From an uncultured Candidatus Saccharibacteria bacterium (GTDB lineage Bacteria; Patescibacteriota; Minisyncoccia; Phycocordibacterales; VMEP01), in the NCBI GenBank assembly GCA_964579635.1, contig CAZOFV010000001.1, positions 71,622-128,234 on the forward strand: 56,613 nt of DNA, given 5' to 3'. The notes beneath the pieces are model-generated. The model did not search any database. It had not been told where the DNA came from and worked only from the letters and a program-made list of their open reading frames with translations. The translations under genes and the position numbers were made by a program. The stretch's first letter is position 1; the number at the start of each line of letters is the position of its first letter. This document shows, piece after piece, positions 1 to 10,867 of the stretch.

Positions 1-1
1 A

Positions 2-1732
2 TTAAAAAAGTTTATTCTAGATTCAGGCCTTGTTTCGCGTGGAGACATGGAGGCTATTGAGAAAAAAAATAAGAAGAAAAACCAGACACTTAGTGAAATA
101 CTTTTATCTGAGGGAAAAATTTCAGAGAATGATTTAAAAAGAACAGAAGCTTATCTTCTTGGAATACCATATATAAGTTTAAAAGGAGAAAAAATAGAAT
201 TTTCTGTCCTTTCTTTAATTCCGGAGCCGATTGCAAGACATCACAATATTGTTTCTTATCGAAAAACAGCGACTGAGCTTGAGGTCGCAATGCTTGATGC
301 TAACGATTTGGAAGCCATTGAATTTATTAAGAAAAAAACTGGTCTTAAAATACTTCCACGCCTAACAGATACAGACTCTATTAAAGGAGTACTTTTGCAA
401 TATCAAAAAAGTCTTAAGGCGGAGTTTGACGACATAATCCAAAAAGAAGCGAGTTCTCTTAAACTTGTTGCGGAAGATGGTGGTGAAGAAATTTCAGAGA
501 AGGAGTTAAAAAAACTTGCCGAGGATTTACCGGTCGTGCGTATCGTTGATACTCTTTTGAACCACGCGATTATTCAAGATGCTTCAGATATACACATAGA
601 ACCACAAGACGGACAACTATTGGTTAGGTATCGCGTTGATGGAATTTTGCGAGACGCTATGGTTTTACCAAAAACAGCTGGCCCTGGAATTGTTGCTCGT
701 ATTAAAGTACTTTCAAATTTAAAGCTTGACGAGAAACGTCTTCCTCAAGATGGAAGATTTAAAATAAATTTAAGCGATCAAAATGTTTCTTTCCGTGTTT
801 CAACTCTCCCGACATATTTTGGAGAAAAAACAGTTATGCGTCTTTTGAAAGAATCTGTTTCTGGGTTTACTCTTGAGGGTTTGGGTTTTCACGGGGAAGG
901 GCTTGAGAGAGTTCATTCAGCAACAAGACAAACAGTTGGAATGATTTTGGCTACCGGCCCAACTGGTTCTGGTAAAACCACAACTCTTTATACGATTTTG
1001 GATATTGTTAATACTCCAGACGTTAATATTTCAACAATTGAAGATCCTATTGAATACCAAATGAAGCGTATTAATCAAACTCAGGTTAAGCCAGAGATTG
1101 GTCTTACTTTCGCAAATGGTTTGCGTTCTCTCGTTCGTCAGGACCCAGACATTATTATGGTTGGTGAAATCCGCGATAACGAAACAGCTTCGCTTGCAAT
1201 TAACGCCGCCTTAACTGGACACTTAGTACTCTCGACCCTCCACACAAACTCTGCTGCTGGTGCCATCCCGCGTTTACTTGAGATGGGGGCAGAGCCATTT
1301 CTTCTAACATCAACCCTTGATATTGTTTTAGCGCAACGACTAGTTCGAAGGCTTTGTACTCAAAAAGAAAAATATGTTCTTTCTGATTTGGAATTACGCA
1401 ATTTAGGAAAACTTGTTGACCTTGAACGTATGCTTAAGTTTTTGCGTGAGGAAAAAATTGTTGGACCAAAAGATGGTTGGGATAAGATTCATTTTTATAA
1501 ACCAATGAAGTCGGCAGAATGTGAGGAGGGCTACAAAGGTCGAGTTGGAATACACGAAGTTCTTAAAGTAACACCGACAATAAAAGATCTTATTTTGAAA
1601 GGTGCCACTTCGGATGAAGTTGAAGTTCAAGCAAAGAAAGAAGGGATGATGACGATGCTTGAAGACGGAATCTTTTTTGCAGCTCAAGGTGTTACCACAA
1701 TAGAGGAAGTTTTGCGCGTAGTTTCAGAATAA
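2..1732 (+). CDS. pilB: Type IV pilus assembly ATPase PilB/GspE (5' end probably outside the window)
   Basis: Walker A GPTGSGKT, TIEDPIE, RQDPDIIMVGEIRD, GHLVLSTLHTN; frame is open back to the window edge. Confidence 0.93.
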   Translation, partial: LKKFILDSGLVSRGDMEAIEKKNKKKNQTLSEILLSEGKISENDLKRTEAYLLGIPYISLKGEKIEFSVLSLIPEPIARHHNIVSYRKTATELEVAMLDANDLEAIEFIKKKTGLKILPRLTDTDSIKGVLLQYQKSLKAEFDDIIQKEASSLKLVAEDGGEEISEKELKKLAEDLPVVRIVDTLLNHAIIQDASDIHIEPQDGQLLVRYRVDGILRDAMVLPKTAGPGIVARIKVLSNLKLDEKRLPQDGRFKINLSDQNVSFRVSTLPTYFGEKTVMRLLKESVSGFTLEGLGFHGEGLERVHSATRQTVGMILATGPTGSGKTTTLYTILDIVNTPDVNISTIEDPIEYQMKRINQTQVKPEIGLTFANGLRSLVRQDPDIIMVGEIRDNETASLAINAALTGHLVLSTLHTNSAAGAIPRLLEMGAEPFLLTSTLDIVLAQRLVRRLCTQKEKYVLSDLELRNLGKLVDLERMLKFLREEKIVGPKDGWDKIHFYKPMKSAECEEGYKGRVGIHEVLKVTPTIKDLILKGATSDEVEVQAKKEGMMTMLEDGIFFAAQGVTTIEEVLRVVSE

Positions 1733-1736
1733 TAAA

Positions 1737-2951
1737 ATGAGATTTTTTTATAAAGCAAAAAAAGAAAACGGAGTTATTGAAAGTGGCTATTTGGAGGCAC
1801 CAGACAAGATTGATGTTGAAAATACTCTTCGCGAAAAAAAACAAACACTTGTTTTTTTGAAAGAAGAAAAAAAATTAGCTTTTTTTGACGTTACCGCAAT
1901 TAATAATATGTTCGTGTGGGTAAAACTTCACGATAAAATTATTTTTACAAGAAATCTCTCAGTAATGCTTTCCGCCGGATTACCGCTTTCAAGATCGCTT
2001 AGTATTCTAGAAAAACAAACAAAAAATTTTAAATTCAAAGTTGCACTTAATAGTTTAATTGAAGACATAAATGCCGGAATGGGCTTAAGTGATGGTATGA
2101 AAAAATTTCCAGCTATTTTTTCTAATCTCTTCGTTTCAATGGTTAAGGCAGGTGAAGAATCTGGTAGTTTGCCTCAATCTTTGCGTGCAGTGGGGGAACA
2201 ACTTGAACGAACATACACCATAAATAGAAAAGTCAGAGGGGCACTTACTTACCCAGCGATAATCTTGTCGGCAGTTTTTGGAATAGGTATTTTGATGCTT
2301 ATTTATGTTGTGCCAACACTAACGAAAACTTTTGCCGATTTGCATGTTCAATTGCCGGCAAGTACGCAATTCATAATTAGCACAAGTTCTTTTCTTGTTA
2401 ACCACACTGTTTCTTTTGTTGTCATGTTGATAGTTTTTATTTTTCTATCTTATCTTGGAATAAAATCGCAAAGAGGTCAGTTGGTTGTTAGCTTTGTTTC
2501 CATGCACTTTCCGGTAATTAGTAAAATTATTCAGGAGTTTAATTCGGCTCGCGCCACAAGAACCCTCTCCTCTCTTTTTTCTGCGGGTGTTCCTGTTCAG
2601 CACGCAATCGCGATTTCAGCTGATGTTATGCAAAATGTTTATTTTAAAAAAGTACTTATTGAGGCGGGAGAAAAAATAGAAAAAGGGTCAACCCTTTCTT
2701 CTGTTTTTAAAGAACATTCTGATTTATATCCAGTTATTGTTGGTGAAATGATTGAGGTTGGAGAAGAGACCGGAAAGCTTTCAGAGATGCTTATGAATAT
2801 TGCTGTTTTTTACGAAGAAGAAGTTGAGGCTGCTACAAAAGATCTCTCTACTATAATAGAACCACTACTTATGATTGTAATAGGCGCTGCTGTTGGGTTC
2901 TTTGCTGTTTCGATGATTACTCCAATGTATTCTGTTATGTCTGGAATTTAA
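1737..2951 (+). CDS. pilC: Type IV pilus inner-membrane platform protein PilC/GspF
   Basis: Two GspF repeats (AGEESGSL, VGEETGKL), YP motif, C-terminal IEPLL plus TM helix; follows pilB. Confidence 0.93.
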   Translation: MRFFYKAKKENGVIESGYLEAPDKIDVENTLREKKQTLVFLKEEKKLAFFDVTAINNMFVWVKLHDKIIFTRNLSVMLSAGLPLSRSLSILEKQTKNFKFKVALNSLIEDINAGMGLSDGMKKFPAIFSNLFVSMVKAGEESGSLPQSLRAVGEQLERTYTINRKVRGALTYPAIILSAVFGIGILMLIYVVPTLTKTFADLHVQLPASTQFIISTSSFLVNHTVSFVVMLIVFIFLSYLGIKSQRGQLVVSFVSMHFPVISKIIQEFNSARATRTLSSLFSAGVPVQHAIAISADVMQNVYFKKVLIEAGEKIEKGSTLSSVFKEHSDLYPVIVGEMIEVGEETGKLSEMLMNIAVFYEEEVEAATKDLSTIIEPLLMIVIGAAVGFFAVSMITPMYSVMSGI

Positions 2952-2991
2952 AATTAATTAAAGTAGTTTGGTTTTTTTGTTAAACTTGCTA

Positions 2992-3474
2992 ATGAAAATA
3001 TTTATAAAAAAAATAAATAAAAAAAGAGGATTTACCTTAACGGAGCTCCTTGTGGTAATTGCGATTATGGCTTTAGTTGGAAGTATTTTGTGGGGAGCAT
3101 TGTCTAGTTATAGAGATGTTCAAACTATCGAAAGTGCGACAGATGTTGTTGTTGCAACCCTAAACGAGGCTCGCTCAAAAGCTATTTCGTCTGTTTCAGA
3201 CATGCAACACGGAGTTCATTTTACACAAAGTAGCGTGACTCAGTTTGAAGGAAATCAGTACCTAAGTTCAAGTTCAAGCAATAATGTGACCATTTTAAAT
3301 GGGGCCGTTTCAATTTCTTTTGATGGTCTTACTGCTTCATCTAGCGATATTGTTTTTGAAAAGTTTTCTGGAAGAGGAAGTGCTTCCGGTGATATAACGG
3401 TATTTCTTTCTAGTAACCCAGAAAAAAGATTTACTGTGGTTGTAGAACCAACCGGTATTGTTTACCGTAAATAA
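2992..3474 (+). CDS. Type IV pilin-like protein (FimT/GspH-like)
   Basis: Class III signal KKRG|FTLTELLVVIAI; ATG 2992 chosen over upstream TTG. Confidence 0.85.
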   Translation: MKIFIKKINKKRGFTLTELLVVIAIMALVGSILWGALSSYRDVQTIESATDVVVATLNEARSKAISSVSDMQHGVHFTQSSVTQFEGNQYLSSSSSNNVTILNGAVSISFDGLTASSSDIVFEKFSGRGSASGDITVFLSSNPEKRFTVVVEPTGIVYRK

Positions 3475-3478
3475 TCAA

Positions 3479-3973
3479 ATGCTTAATACTTTTAATAAAA
3501 AAAAATACAGCAATAGAGGTTTCGGCCTGATCGAAGTAGTGATTGGGATTGCTATTATCTCAGTGTCGCTATTTGCAATCATGTCTTCAGCCCGCGGAGC
3601 TGTTGATTTAAATCGTAAAGCTATTTCCGAAATAAAAGGAAAATTAATTTTAGAGGAGGGTAGTGAAGTTATGCGTTTTATGAGAGATAGTGCTTGGAGT
3701 AACATAAGCTCTCTTTCAACGACAACTACTTATTATTTAGCAACGACAACAACTGGTTTTGTTGCCACAACAACACAAAATAAAATTGACGGGACTTTCT
3801 TGAGACAAATTAAAATAAATGACGTATTTCGCGGACCTGATGATAAAATTTCTGAAAGTGGTGTTTATGATAGCGGAACAAAGAAAATCATTATTACTGT
3901 TTTGTATGATGGGCGATTTGGCACGACTACCAAACAAGCTGTATTTTACCTAAGTGATATTTTTGAAAACTAA
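3479..3973 (+). CDS. Type IV minor pilin (PilV-like)
   Basis: NRG|FGLIEVVIGIAI prepilin motif. Confidence 0.85.
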   Translation: MLNTFNKKKYSNRGFGLIEVVIGIAIISVSLFAIMSSARGAVDLNRKAISEIKGKLILEEGSEVMRFMRDSAWSNISSLSTTTTYYLATTTTGFVATTTQNKIDGTFLRQIKINDVFRGPDDKISESGVYDSGTKKIIITVLYDGRFGTTTKQAVFYLSDIFEN

Positions 3974-3978
3974 ATTTC

Positions 3979-4488
3979 ATGCAAAAATATAATAAAAATA
4001 ATGGTTATACGTTAGTGGAAATGCTTGGTTATCTTTTTGCGCTTAGTCTTATTTCCGTTTTAGTTGTTAACGCTCTCCTTATTTTATCGAAAGCTTTTAT
4101 TTCAATGAAGACATCGCGTGCTGTTGGAATAAGTGCTGTGGTTTCTTTTGATCAGATGGTGAAAGAGATAAGAAACGCAGAAAGTGTTTCTTTATCTAGT
4201 GATTTAAAAACAAGCCCCGGAAAACTTATTTTAATAATGCCGGTTGGATCACCGACAACAACAGTAGAGTTTTCTTTAGGAAATTCAAACTCACTTCATA
4301 AATTTGAGGACGGTGTAGATCAAGGTGTCTTAACTGCGACGGGAACAGAAGTTTCGAGTATTGTTTTTAATGTCTCGACTACATCAAAAAGTACTGCGGT
4401 TTCTATAGATATGGTTATAAAAGATAGTACAGAAAGGACTCAAATAAATGAAAGATTTTATTCAACTGCAACAATGAGAACGTATTGA
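3979..4488 (+). CDS. Type IV minor pilin (PilW/GspJ-like)
   Basis: NNG|YTLVEML prepilin motif plus hydrophobic helix. Confidence 0.83.
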   Translation: MQKYNKNNGYTLVEMLGYLFALSLISVLVVNALLILSKAFISMKTSRAVGISAVVSFDQMVKEIRNAESVSLSSDLKTSPGKLILIMPVGSPTTTVEFSLGNSNSLHKFEDGVDQGVLTATGTEVSSIVFNVSTTSKSTAVSIDMVIKDSTERTQINERFYSTATMRTY

Positions 4489-4507
4489 TTAATGGTAAAA
4501 TTAAAAA

Positions 4508-5809
4508 ATGAATAAAAGAATTAATCTTGATGATCAAAGTGGGCAAGCGGTGCTTACGGTAGTTGTTTTCTTACTTTCAATTGGGATGTCTATTGTTTAC
4601 GGTGTTGTTTCTCCAACTTTGAAACAATCTGCTGTTGCAGAAAACTTTATACAATCAAGCCAGGGCTATATAACCTCTGAGTCTGGAATTGAGGATGTTA
4701 TCTATCGGTTAAAAAAGGGGATGCAGGTTGGAGACACAGAAGTTCTTCTTGTTGCAAGCTCTACAGCAACGACAACAATCACATCAATAGGTAATAATGA
4801 AAAATCGATAACTTCTTTGGGGGATAGTTTGAATAGAATTCGTAATATTATGGCAAGCCTTGTTGTTGAAAACGGAGTTACTTTTAATTACGGAGTACAA
4901 GTCGGTAATGGTGGCTTTGAGCTTGATAACAGCGCGCAGGTAATTGGCAATGTTTATTCTGGAGGAAAGATTGAAGGTCAGAACAGTAATTTAATTAAAG
5001 GTGACGTTATTTCTTCTGGTCAGAGTGGTTTAATTAACGGAATAACAGCAACCGGGACTGCTTACGCTCATACCATAAAAGACTCAAACGTCGGTGGCGA
5101 TGCATATTATCAAGTTCTTACTAACACAACTGTTTCAGGAACACAGCACCCAGGAAGTCCGGATCAGCCAAATTTCCCCTTACCTATTTCAGATACGGTA
5201 ATTTCTACATGGGAAGAAGAAGCTGTGGCTGGTGGTGTTATTAGTTCGCCATGTCCATATAGAATCACAGCCAACAAAACACTTGGGCCAGTTAAAATAA
5301 CCTGTGACGTTGAAATCTCTGGTAGTCCAACAATAACTTTAAATGGCCCAGTTTGGGTTACAGGGAACATTTCTATCGCGAATACCCCAATTATTAAAGT
5401 TGCTTCTTCCGCGGGGGCTAAAAGTATAGTGATAATAGCCGATAATCCAGCTAACCGAATAACTTCCAGCCAAATAAACCTTATGAACTCATCAAAATTC
5501 CAAGGGTCAGGGCAAGCTGGTTCTTATGTGTTGCTACTTTCGCAGAATAACGCGGCTGAATTAGGCTCATTAAAAGGAGAAAATACCGCTATTGATGTAA
5601 ATAACTCCGTTGGTGGCGCCCTTCTTGTTTATGCTGGACATGGAGAAGTTATGATTCAGAACAGCGTTAGTTTAAAAGAAGTAACAGCTTTCAGGGTTTA
5701 TGCTAAAAATACAGCCAAGGTGATTTATGAAACTGGATTAGCCTCCCTCCTTTTTTCTAGCGGCCCGTCTGGTTCTTGGACAGTTAAGGGGTGGAGGGAG
5801 AATAGATAA
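4508..5809 (+). CDS. PilX/GspK-like minor pilin with large Gly/Asn/Ser-rich beta C-terminal domain
   Basis: SG|QAVLTVV cleavage site lacking Glu5, ESGIED motif, last gene of the pilin run. Confidence 0.7.
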   Translation: MNKRINLDDQSGQAVLTVVVFLLSIGMSIVYGVVSPTLKQSAVAENFIQSSQGYITSESGIEDVIYRLKKGMQVGDTEVLLVASSTATTTITSIGNNEKSITSLGDSLNRIRNIMASLVVENGVTFNYGVQVGNGGFELDNSAQVIGNVYSGGKIEGQNSNLIKGDVISSGQSGLINGITATGTAYAHTIKDSNVGGDAYYQVLTNTTVSGTQHPGSPDQPNFPLPISDTVISTWEEEAVAGGVISSPCPYRITANKTLGPVKITCDVEISGSPTITLNGPVWVTGNISIANTPIIKVASSAGAKSIVIIADNPANRITSSQINLMNSSKFQGSGQAGSYVLLLSQNNAAELGSLKGENTAIDVNNSVGGALLVYAGHGEVMIQNSVSLKEVTAFRVYAKNTAKVIYETGLASLLFSSGPSGSWTVKGWRENR

Positions 5810-5848
5810 TATTTTTTGGTAGTAGTCCTGTGTGTTACAATCAAGAAA

Positions 5849-6622
5849 ATGAAAAAATTGATTGTAGGAAATTGGAAGATGAATCCAGGGACATTAGATG
5901 AAGCAAAAAAAATTGCTAATGGTGTAATTAAAGTTTCTAAGAGTATTAAAAAAACAGAAGTGGTTGTTTGTCCTCCGGTTCTTTTTACTTCCGCTATTGC
6001 AGACAGCTTAAGAAAAACAAAAATTTCTATTGGGGCACAGGATGCTTTTTTTGAGCCAAAAGGTGCCTATACGGGGTCTATTTCAGTTGATATGTTGAAA
6101 AAAAGTGGAGTTAAATACGTTATCTTGGGTCATTCTGAAAGAAGAGAGCTTGGAGAGACAGATGAGCTTGTTAATAAAAAGATAAAGGTTTGTTTGAAAA
6201 ATAAAGTAACTCCGATTGTTTGTGTTGGGGAGAAGGTTCGCGATGCCCATGGTTATTATTTGGCGTTTATAAAAAAAGAAATTGAGCATTCCTTGATTGG
6301 AATTAAGCGAAAAGAATTAAGCGATATCATTATTGCCTACGAACCAGTGTGGGCAGTTGGAAGCAAGGCGCTTAAAGCAATTGAAGCGGGCGATCTTTCA
6401 GAAATGGTGATTTATATAAAACGGACACTCACCGATTTGTTTGGGTCTGCTGCCGCACAATCAGTTAGAATTTTGTATGGAGGTTCTGTTAATAAGGATA
6501 ATGCTGGAGAATTTTTCAATGGAAGTGGTTTGAGTGGTTTGCTTGTTGGTCGCGACAGTCTTGATGTAAAAAAATTTGGAGATATTATTTCCCTCACCGA
6601 AGAAGTTGCTTCTATAAAATAA
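5849..6622 (+). CDS. tpiA: Triosephosphate isomerase
   Basis: GNWKMN, GHSERR, AYEPVWA, LYGGSV motifs. Confidence 0.96.
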   Translation: MKKLIVGNWKMNPGTLDEAKKIANGVIKVSKSIKKTEVVVCPPVLFTSAIADSLRKTKISIGAQDAFFEPKGAYTGSISVDMLKKSGVKYVILGHSERRELGETDELVNKKIKVCLKNKVTPIVCVGEKVRDAHGYYLAFIKKEIEHSLIGIKRKELSDIIIAYEPVWAVGSKALKAIEAGDLSEMVIYIKRTLTDLFGSAAAQSVRILYGGSVNKDNAGEFFNGSGLSGLLVGRDSLDVKKFGDIISLTEEVASIK

Positions 6623-6626
6623 GGGT

Positions 6627-7739
6627 ATGAAATTATCGACAATTCCTAAAAATTTAAAATTAAAAGGGCGACGAGTTTTAATTCGCCTAGATTTGAATGA
6701 ACCAATCGAAAACGGGAAAGTTGTTAATGATTTTAGAATAAGAAGAATTATTCCAACACTACAATTTTTAGTTGAAGGTGGTGCTAAGGTTGTTGTCGTC
6801 AGTCATCGTGAAGGAAAAGAAGATTCATTAAAACCAATCGCACTTTATTTAAATAAATTTATTAAAGTCGGTTTTGTTCCAGATGTTTGTGGCAGTGTTG
6901 CGAGTGATTCTATAAAAATGATGGCTGATGGAAGTATTATTATTTTAGAAAACCTAAGAAAAGAAAAAGGGGAAGAAAAAAACGATCTTAATTTTGCGAA
7001 AAAACTAGCTAAATTTGCCGATGTTTATATAAATGAGGCTTTCTCTGTTTCCCATAGAAAGCATGCTTCTATTATTTCTCTACCAAAACTTCTGCCATCT
7101 TACGCGGGGTTTCTTTTTGCCGAAGAGGTTATGTCTCTTTCGCGTATGTTTAAGCCCAAACAGCCACTTTTGATGATTATGGGCGGTGCAAAATCAGAAA
7201 CCAAATTACCTCTTATAAAAAAATATCTACCAAAAGCATCAAGTATTTTTATTGGTGGAGCGCTCGCAAATAGTTTTTTGAAAGAAGATGGTTATGAAAT
7301 AGGAAAATCTCTCGCTGATAAAAATACAAAAGCGTTGAGCCCTCTTTTGAAAAATAAAAAAATATTTTTACCTGTTGATGTTGTTGTAAGGAATGGGGAA
7401 GTTAAATGGATAGACGAAGTTTTAAAGAGTGAGTGTATTGTTGATAACGGACCAGAATCAATTTTTATTTTGGAAAATATGATCGGGAAAACAAAAACAG
7501 TTATTGTGAATGGTCCACTTGGTGTTTATCAAGATGGTTTTGGTGACGGAACAGAAAAACTTTTAAAGATATTAGCAAAATCAAATTGTGATGTTGTTGT
7601 TGGTGGAGGAGATACCGTTGCTTTGGTTTCTAAATTAAAGCTTGAGAAAAAGTTTTCTTTTGTTTCAACCGGGGGTGGGGCGATGCTTGATTTTTTGGTT
7701 AATGAAACTTTGCCGGGAATAAAAGTTTTGTCTCGTTAG
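6627..7739 (+). CDS. pgk: Phosphoglycerate kinase
   Basis: RLDLNEP, LENLR, GGAK, NGPLG, GGGDT, STGGGA motifs. Confidence 0.95.
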   Translation: MKLSTIPKNLKLKGRRVLIRLDLNEPIENGKVVNDFRIRRIIPTLQFLVEGGAKVVVVSHREGKEDSLKPIALYLNKFIKVGFVPDVCGSVASDSIKMMADGSIIILENLRKEKGEEKNDLNFAKKLAKFADVYINEAFSVSHRKHASIISLPKLLPSYAGFLFAEEVMSLSRMFKPKQPLLMIMGGAKSETKLPLIKKYLPKASSIFIGGALANSFLKEDGYEIGKSLADKNTKALSPLLKNKKIFLPVDVVVRNGEVKWIDEVLKSECIVDNGPESIFILENMIGKTKTVIVNGPLGVYQDGFGDGTEKLLKILAKSNCDVVVGGGDTVALVSKLKLEKKFSFVSTGGGAMLDFLVNETLPGIKVLSR

Positions 7740-8170
7740 TTTTTAATATTCAATTTAATTTTTTCTGTTGTTTCAGACATCTCTTCTTTTGAGTAATTTT
7801 TACCGTGCCAATGTTTAAGGCCGTCATCAGAGAAACGGGGGATTATGTGTAAATGTAGATGAAAAACAAGTTGTCCAGCGGCACCTCCATTGTTGCTTAT
7901 GATGTTTATACCGTCGGCACCAACGGCTTCTTTAATGGAAAGCGAAAGTTTTTTAAGTATTGGTGTTATTTTCTGGAGAGTTTCTGTTTCGATATCGAAA
8001 ATATTTTGTGAATGTTTTTTTGGAACTAGGAGTGTGTGTCCAATGTTCACGGGGTTAATGTCTAAAAAAGCAAAAGTGTTTTCGTCCTCATATACTTTAT
8101 TTGAAGGTATTTCACCGTTGATTATTTTACAGAAAATACAATTTTCTTTTTCTGATATTTCTTTATTCAT
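7736..8170 (-). CDS. HIT family nucleotide hydrolase (HinT-like)
   Basis: CIFCKI N-terminus and HLHLH histidine triad. Confidence 0.93.
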   Translation of the reverse strand: MNKEISEKENCIFCKIINGEIPSNKVYEDENTFAFLDINPVNIGHTLLVPKKHSQNIFDIETETLQKITPILKKLSLSIKEAVGADGINIISNNGGAAGQLVFHLHLHIIPRFSDDGLKHWHGKNYSKEEMSETTEKIKLNIKN

Positions 8171-8258
8171 GTGTCCAATTGTACGTAATTTATTAAGGTT
8201 TTCAAATTATTCTCAAAATGAGGCTTAAAACCATCTGTGCTAAAATGTCACAACCTAA

Positions 8259-9983
8259 ATGAAAGAGAACTATAAAATAAAGGATGAAATTCCAAATAAA
8301 GAAAGAGAGAAGTTGGCTCAATATGGAGAATTACTCGCAAAGCTATTATATTATCGTGGAATAAAAGATTCGGACGAAGCAGAGAAATTTTTAAATCCAG
8401 ACTACGAAAGAGACACATATGATCCATTTTTGATTTTAAATATGGAGCGTGCGGTTGATCGCATTATAAAAGGGATTGATGAAGAAGAAAAAATTGTTAT
8501 CTATGGTGACTACGATTGTGATGGGATTCCTGGGTCCGTTATCCTCCATGACTTTTTTAAAAAAATTGGTTATAAAAATTTTTTGAATTATATTCCACAT
8601 CGCAACCGCGAGGGATATGGGTTGAATCGTGGAGCAGTAGAGCAGTTTGCTCGTGATGGTTTTACTTTAATCATTACTGTTGATTGTGGAATAACAGATG
8701 TTGAGGAGGTTGCTTTGGCAAACGAACTTGGTGTTGATGTGATTATTACCGATCATCATTTGCCACAGGCGATACTCCCAGACGCTTATGCGGTTATAAA
8801 CTCAAAGCAAGAAGGAGATACTTATCCCGACAACATGCTTTGCGGGGCAGGGGTTGCTTTTAAGTTGGTGCAGGCGCTTTTGTTTAAAGGGCGTGAAAAA
8901 TGGAAAGTTCCAACTGGGTGGGAGAAATGGCTTCTTGATATGGCTGGACTTTCTACGATTGCAGACATGGTTCCGCTTGTAAAAGAAAATCGCGCGCTCG
9001 CACATTTCGGCATTTCTGTTTTAAGAAAATCACGACGTCCAGGATTTCAAAAACTTTTACGAAAAATGTTTATGGATCAGCGTCACATTACCGAAGATGA
9101 CATTGCTTTTATGATTGCTCCGCGAATAAACGCAGCAAGCAGACTCGATGTTCCGTTTGAAGCCTTTCGTTTGCTTTCAACAAACGACGAAACGATTGCA
9201 GACGAACTTTCTAGTCATCTGCAAAATATAAACGAAGGGAGAAAGGGGATGGTGCTCTCCATTATGAAGGAGGTAAAACAGACAATGGAAAAAAGGGAAC
9301 TTCGAGAAATTATTGTTATTGGAAATCCTTCTTGGAAGCCGGGGGTTGCTGGTCTTGTTGCGACACGGCTGGTTGAAGAATATGACAGACCTGTTTTTGT
9401 TTGGGGTTCTGATGAAAATAATACGCACCTAAAAGGATCTTGTCGCTCTGATGGAACGGTTAATTTAGTAGAGCTTATGGTAAGTGTTCCCTCTGGAACA
9501 TTTTTAGATGTTGGTGGTCATGAGTTTTCTGGTGGATTTTCTGTTTCACACGAGGCGATTCATTTTTTAGAAGACACACTTGTTTCGGCGTATCTTAATT
9601 TACCAAAGAAAGAAAAAGAGTCGGGGGTAATTGAGGTTGATGCAGAATTAACGCTCGATGACGTGACCAAAGATAACTACAAAAATATTGAAAAACTTGC
9701 GCCGTTTGGTGTCGGTAATCATAAGCCAACGTTTATTTTTAGAAATGTTATTCCAGAAGAAGTTCGGGCGTTTGGTAAGGGTCGTAATCATTTGGAAATT
9801 ATTTTTAAGAATACAAAAGGGGTGTCAGTTTCAGCTATCGGATTTTTTTCAACATCCGATGATTTTGGTACTCCGGTTGAAGTGGGGACCTCGATTGATA
9901 TGGTGGCAACTTTCGAAAAATCGATGTATCGAGGAATTGAAAAACTTCGTTTGAGGATTGTTGATATTTTTCCAAAAAGCTAG
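8259..9983 (+). CDS. recJ: ssDNA exonuclease RecJ
   Basis: YGDYDCDG, TVDCG, TDHH, IADMVPL, APRINA, GGH, PFGVGN. Confidence 0.95.
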   Translation: MKENYKIKDEIPNKEREKLAQYGELLAKLLYYRGIKDSDEAEKFLNPDYERDTYDPFLILNMERAVDRIIKGIDEEEKIVIYGDYDCDGIPGSVILHDFFKKIGYKNFLNYIPHRNREGYGLNRGAVEQFARDGFTLIITVDCGITDVEEVALANELGVDVIITDHHLPQAILPDAYAVINSKQEGDTYPDNMLCGAGVAFKLVQALLFKGREKWKVPTGWEKWLLDMAGLSTIADMVPLVKENRALAHFGISVLRKSRRPGFQKLLRKMFMDQRHITEDDIAFMIAPRINAASRLDVPFEAFRLLSTNDETIADELSSHLQNINEGRKGMVLSIMKEVKQTMEKRELREIIVIGNPSWKPGVAGLVATRLVEEYDRPVFVWGSDENNTHLKGSCRSDGTVNLVELMVSVPSGTFLDVGGHEFSGGFSVSHEAIHFLEDTLVSAYLNLPKKEKESGVIEVDAELTLDDVTKDNYKNIEKLAPFGVGNHKPTFIFRNVIPEEVRAFGKGRNHLEIIFKNTKGVSVSAIGFFSTSDDFGTPVEVGTSIDMVATFEKSMYRGIEKLRLRIVDIFPKS

Positions 9984-10080
9984 AATAACTAAATGAAAAA
10001 AGACCCCATAAGAAATTTATCTACGGGATTAATTATCAAAGTTTTAATTTAATAAATGTTTATTATTTATCTAAAAGTGT

Positions 10081-10836
10081 ATGTCTAAACAAATTTCTAA
10101 CAGGGCAAGCGTAATAATTTTTACAGATGGAAGTTCCCTTGGAAATCCAGGGCTCGGTGGTTGGGGGGTAGTTTTAGTTCATGATTCAAAAGTTGTTGAG
10201 TTTGGCGGTGGAGAGAAACATACTACTAATAATAGAATGGAAATGACCGCTGTTATTGAGGTTCTTAATTTAGTTAAAAAACTGAAAGCTAGTGGCGACA
10301 AATTGATTATTCACACCGATTCAAGTTATGTGATTAACGGAATTACAAAGTGGATTCATGGGTGGGAAAAGAAAAATTGGATAGGAGTAAATAAAAAAGA
10401 AATTTTAAATAAAGATTTATGGGTGAAACTTCAAGTAGAAACTAAAGGAAAAGAAATTGAATGGAGACATGTGCGTGGTCATGTTGGAATCGTTGGAAAC
10501 GAGAGGGCTGATTTTTTGGCGACAATGTGCGCAAGCGAACAAAAATGGAAAAAAGAAAAATTTTTTGAAGGGCCAGTTTCAAAATACCCGTATGATATTT
10601 TGAACACAAAACCAAACGCAATAAAATCTGACTTGCGCGCAAAAACAAAATCAAAAAAGAAAAGTTCCAGCGCGAAAGCGTATTCATACTTATCACTTGT
10701 TGACGGAAAACTTATGCGCCATAAAACATGGGCAGAGTGTGAAAAAAGAGTGAATGGTGTTCCAAAAACAAAATTTAAAAAAGCGTTTTCTAAGGAGGAT
10801 GAAATTTCTATTGCGAAAGAGTGGGGAATAAAATGA
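10081..10836 (+). CDS. rnhA: Ribonuclease HI with C-terminal hybrid-binding (viroplasmin-like) domain
   Basis: FTDGSS, TNNRME, TDS, VRGH..GNERAD; C-terminal TWAECEKRVNG..KFKK. Confidence 0.92.
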   Translation: MSKQISNRASVIIFTDGSSLGNPGLGGWGVVLVHDSKVVEFGGGEKHTTNNRMEMTAVIEVLNLVKKLKASGDKLIIHTDSSYVINGITKWIHGWEKKNWIGVNKKEILNKDLWVKLQVETKGKEIEWRHVRGHVGIVGNERADFLATMCASEQKWKKEKFFEGPVSKYPYDILNTKPNAIKSDLRAKTKSKKKSSSAKAYSYLSLVDGKLMRHKTWAECEKRVNGVPKTKFKKAFSKEDEISIAKEWGIK

Positions 10837-10867
10837 ATAAACGGCTTGCAATTGATACAAGCCGTTT

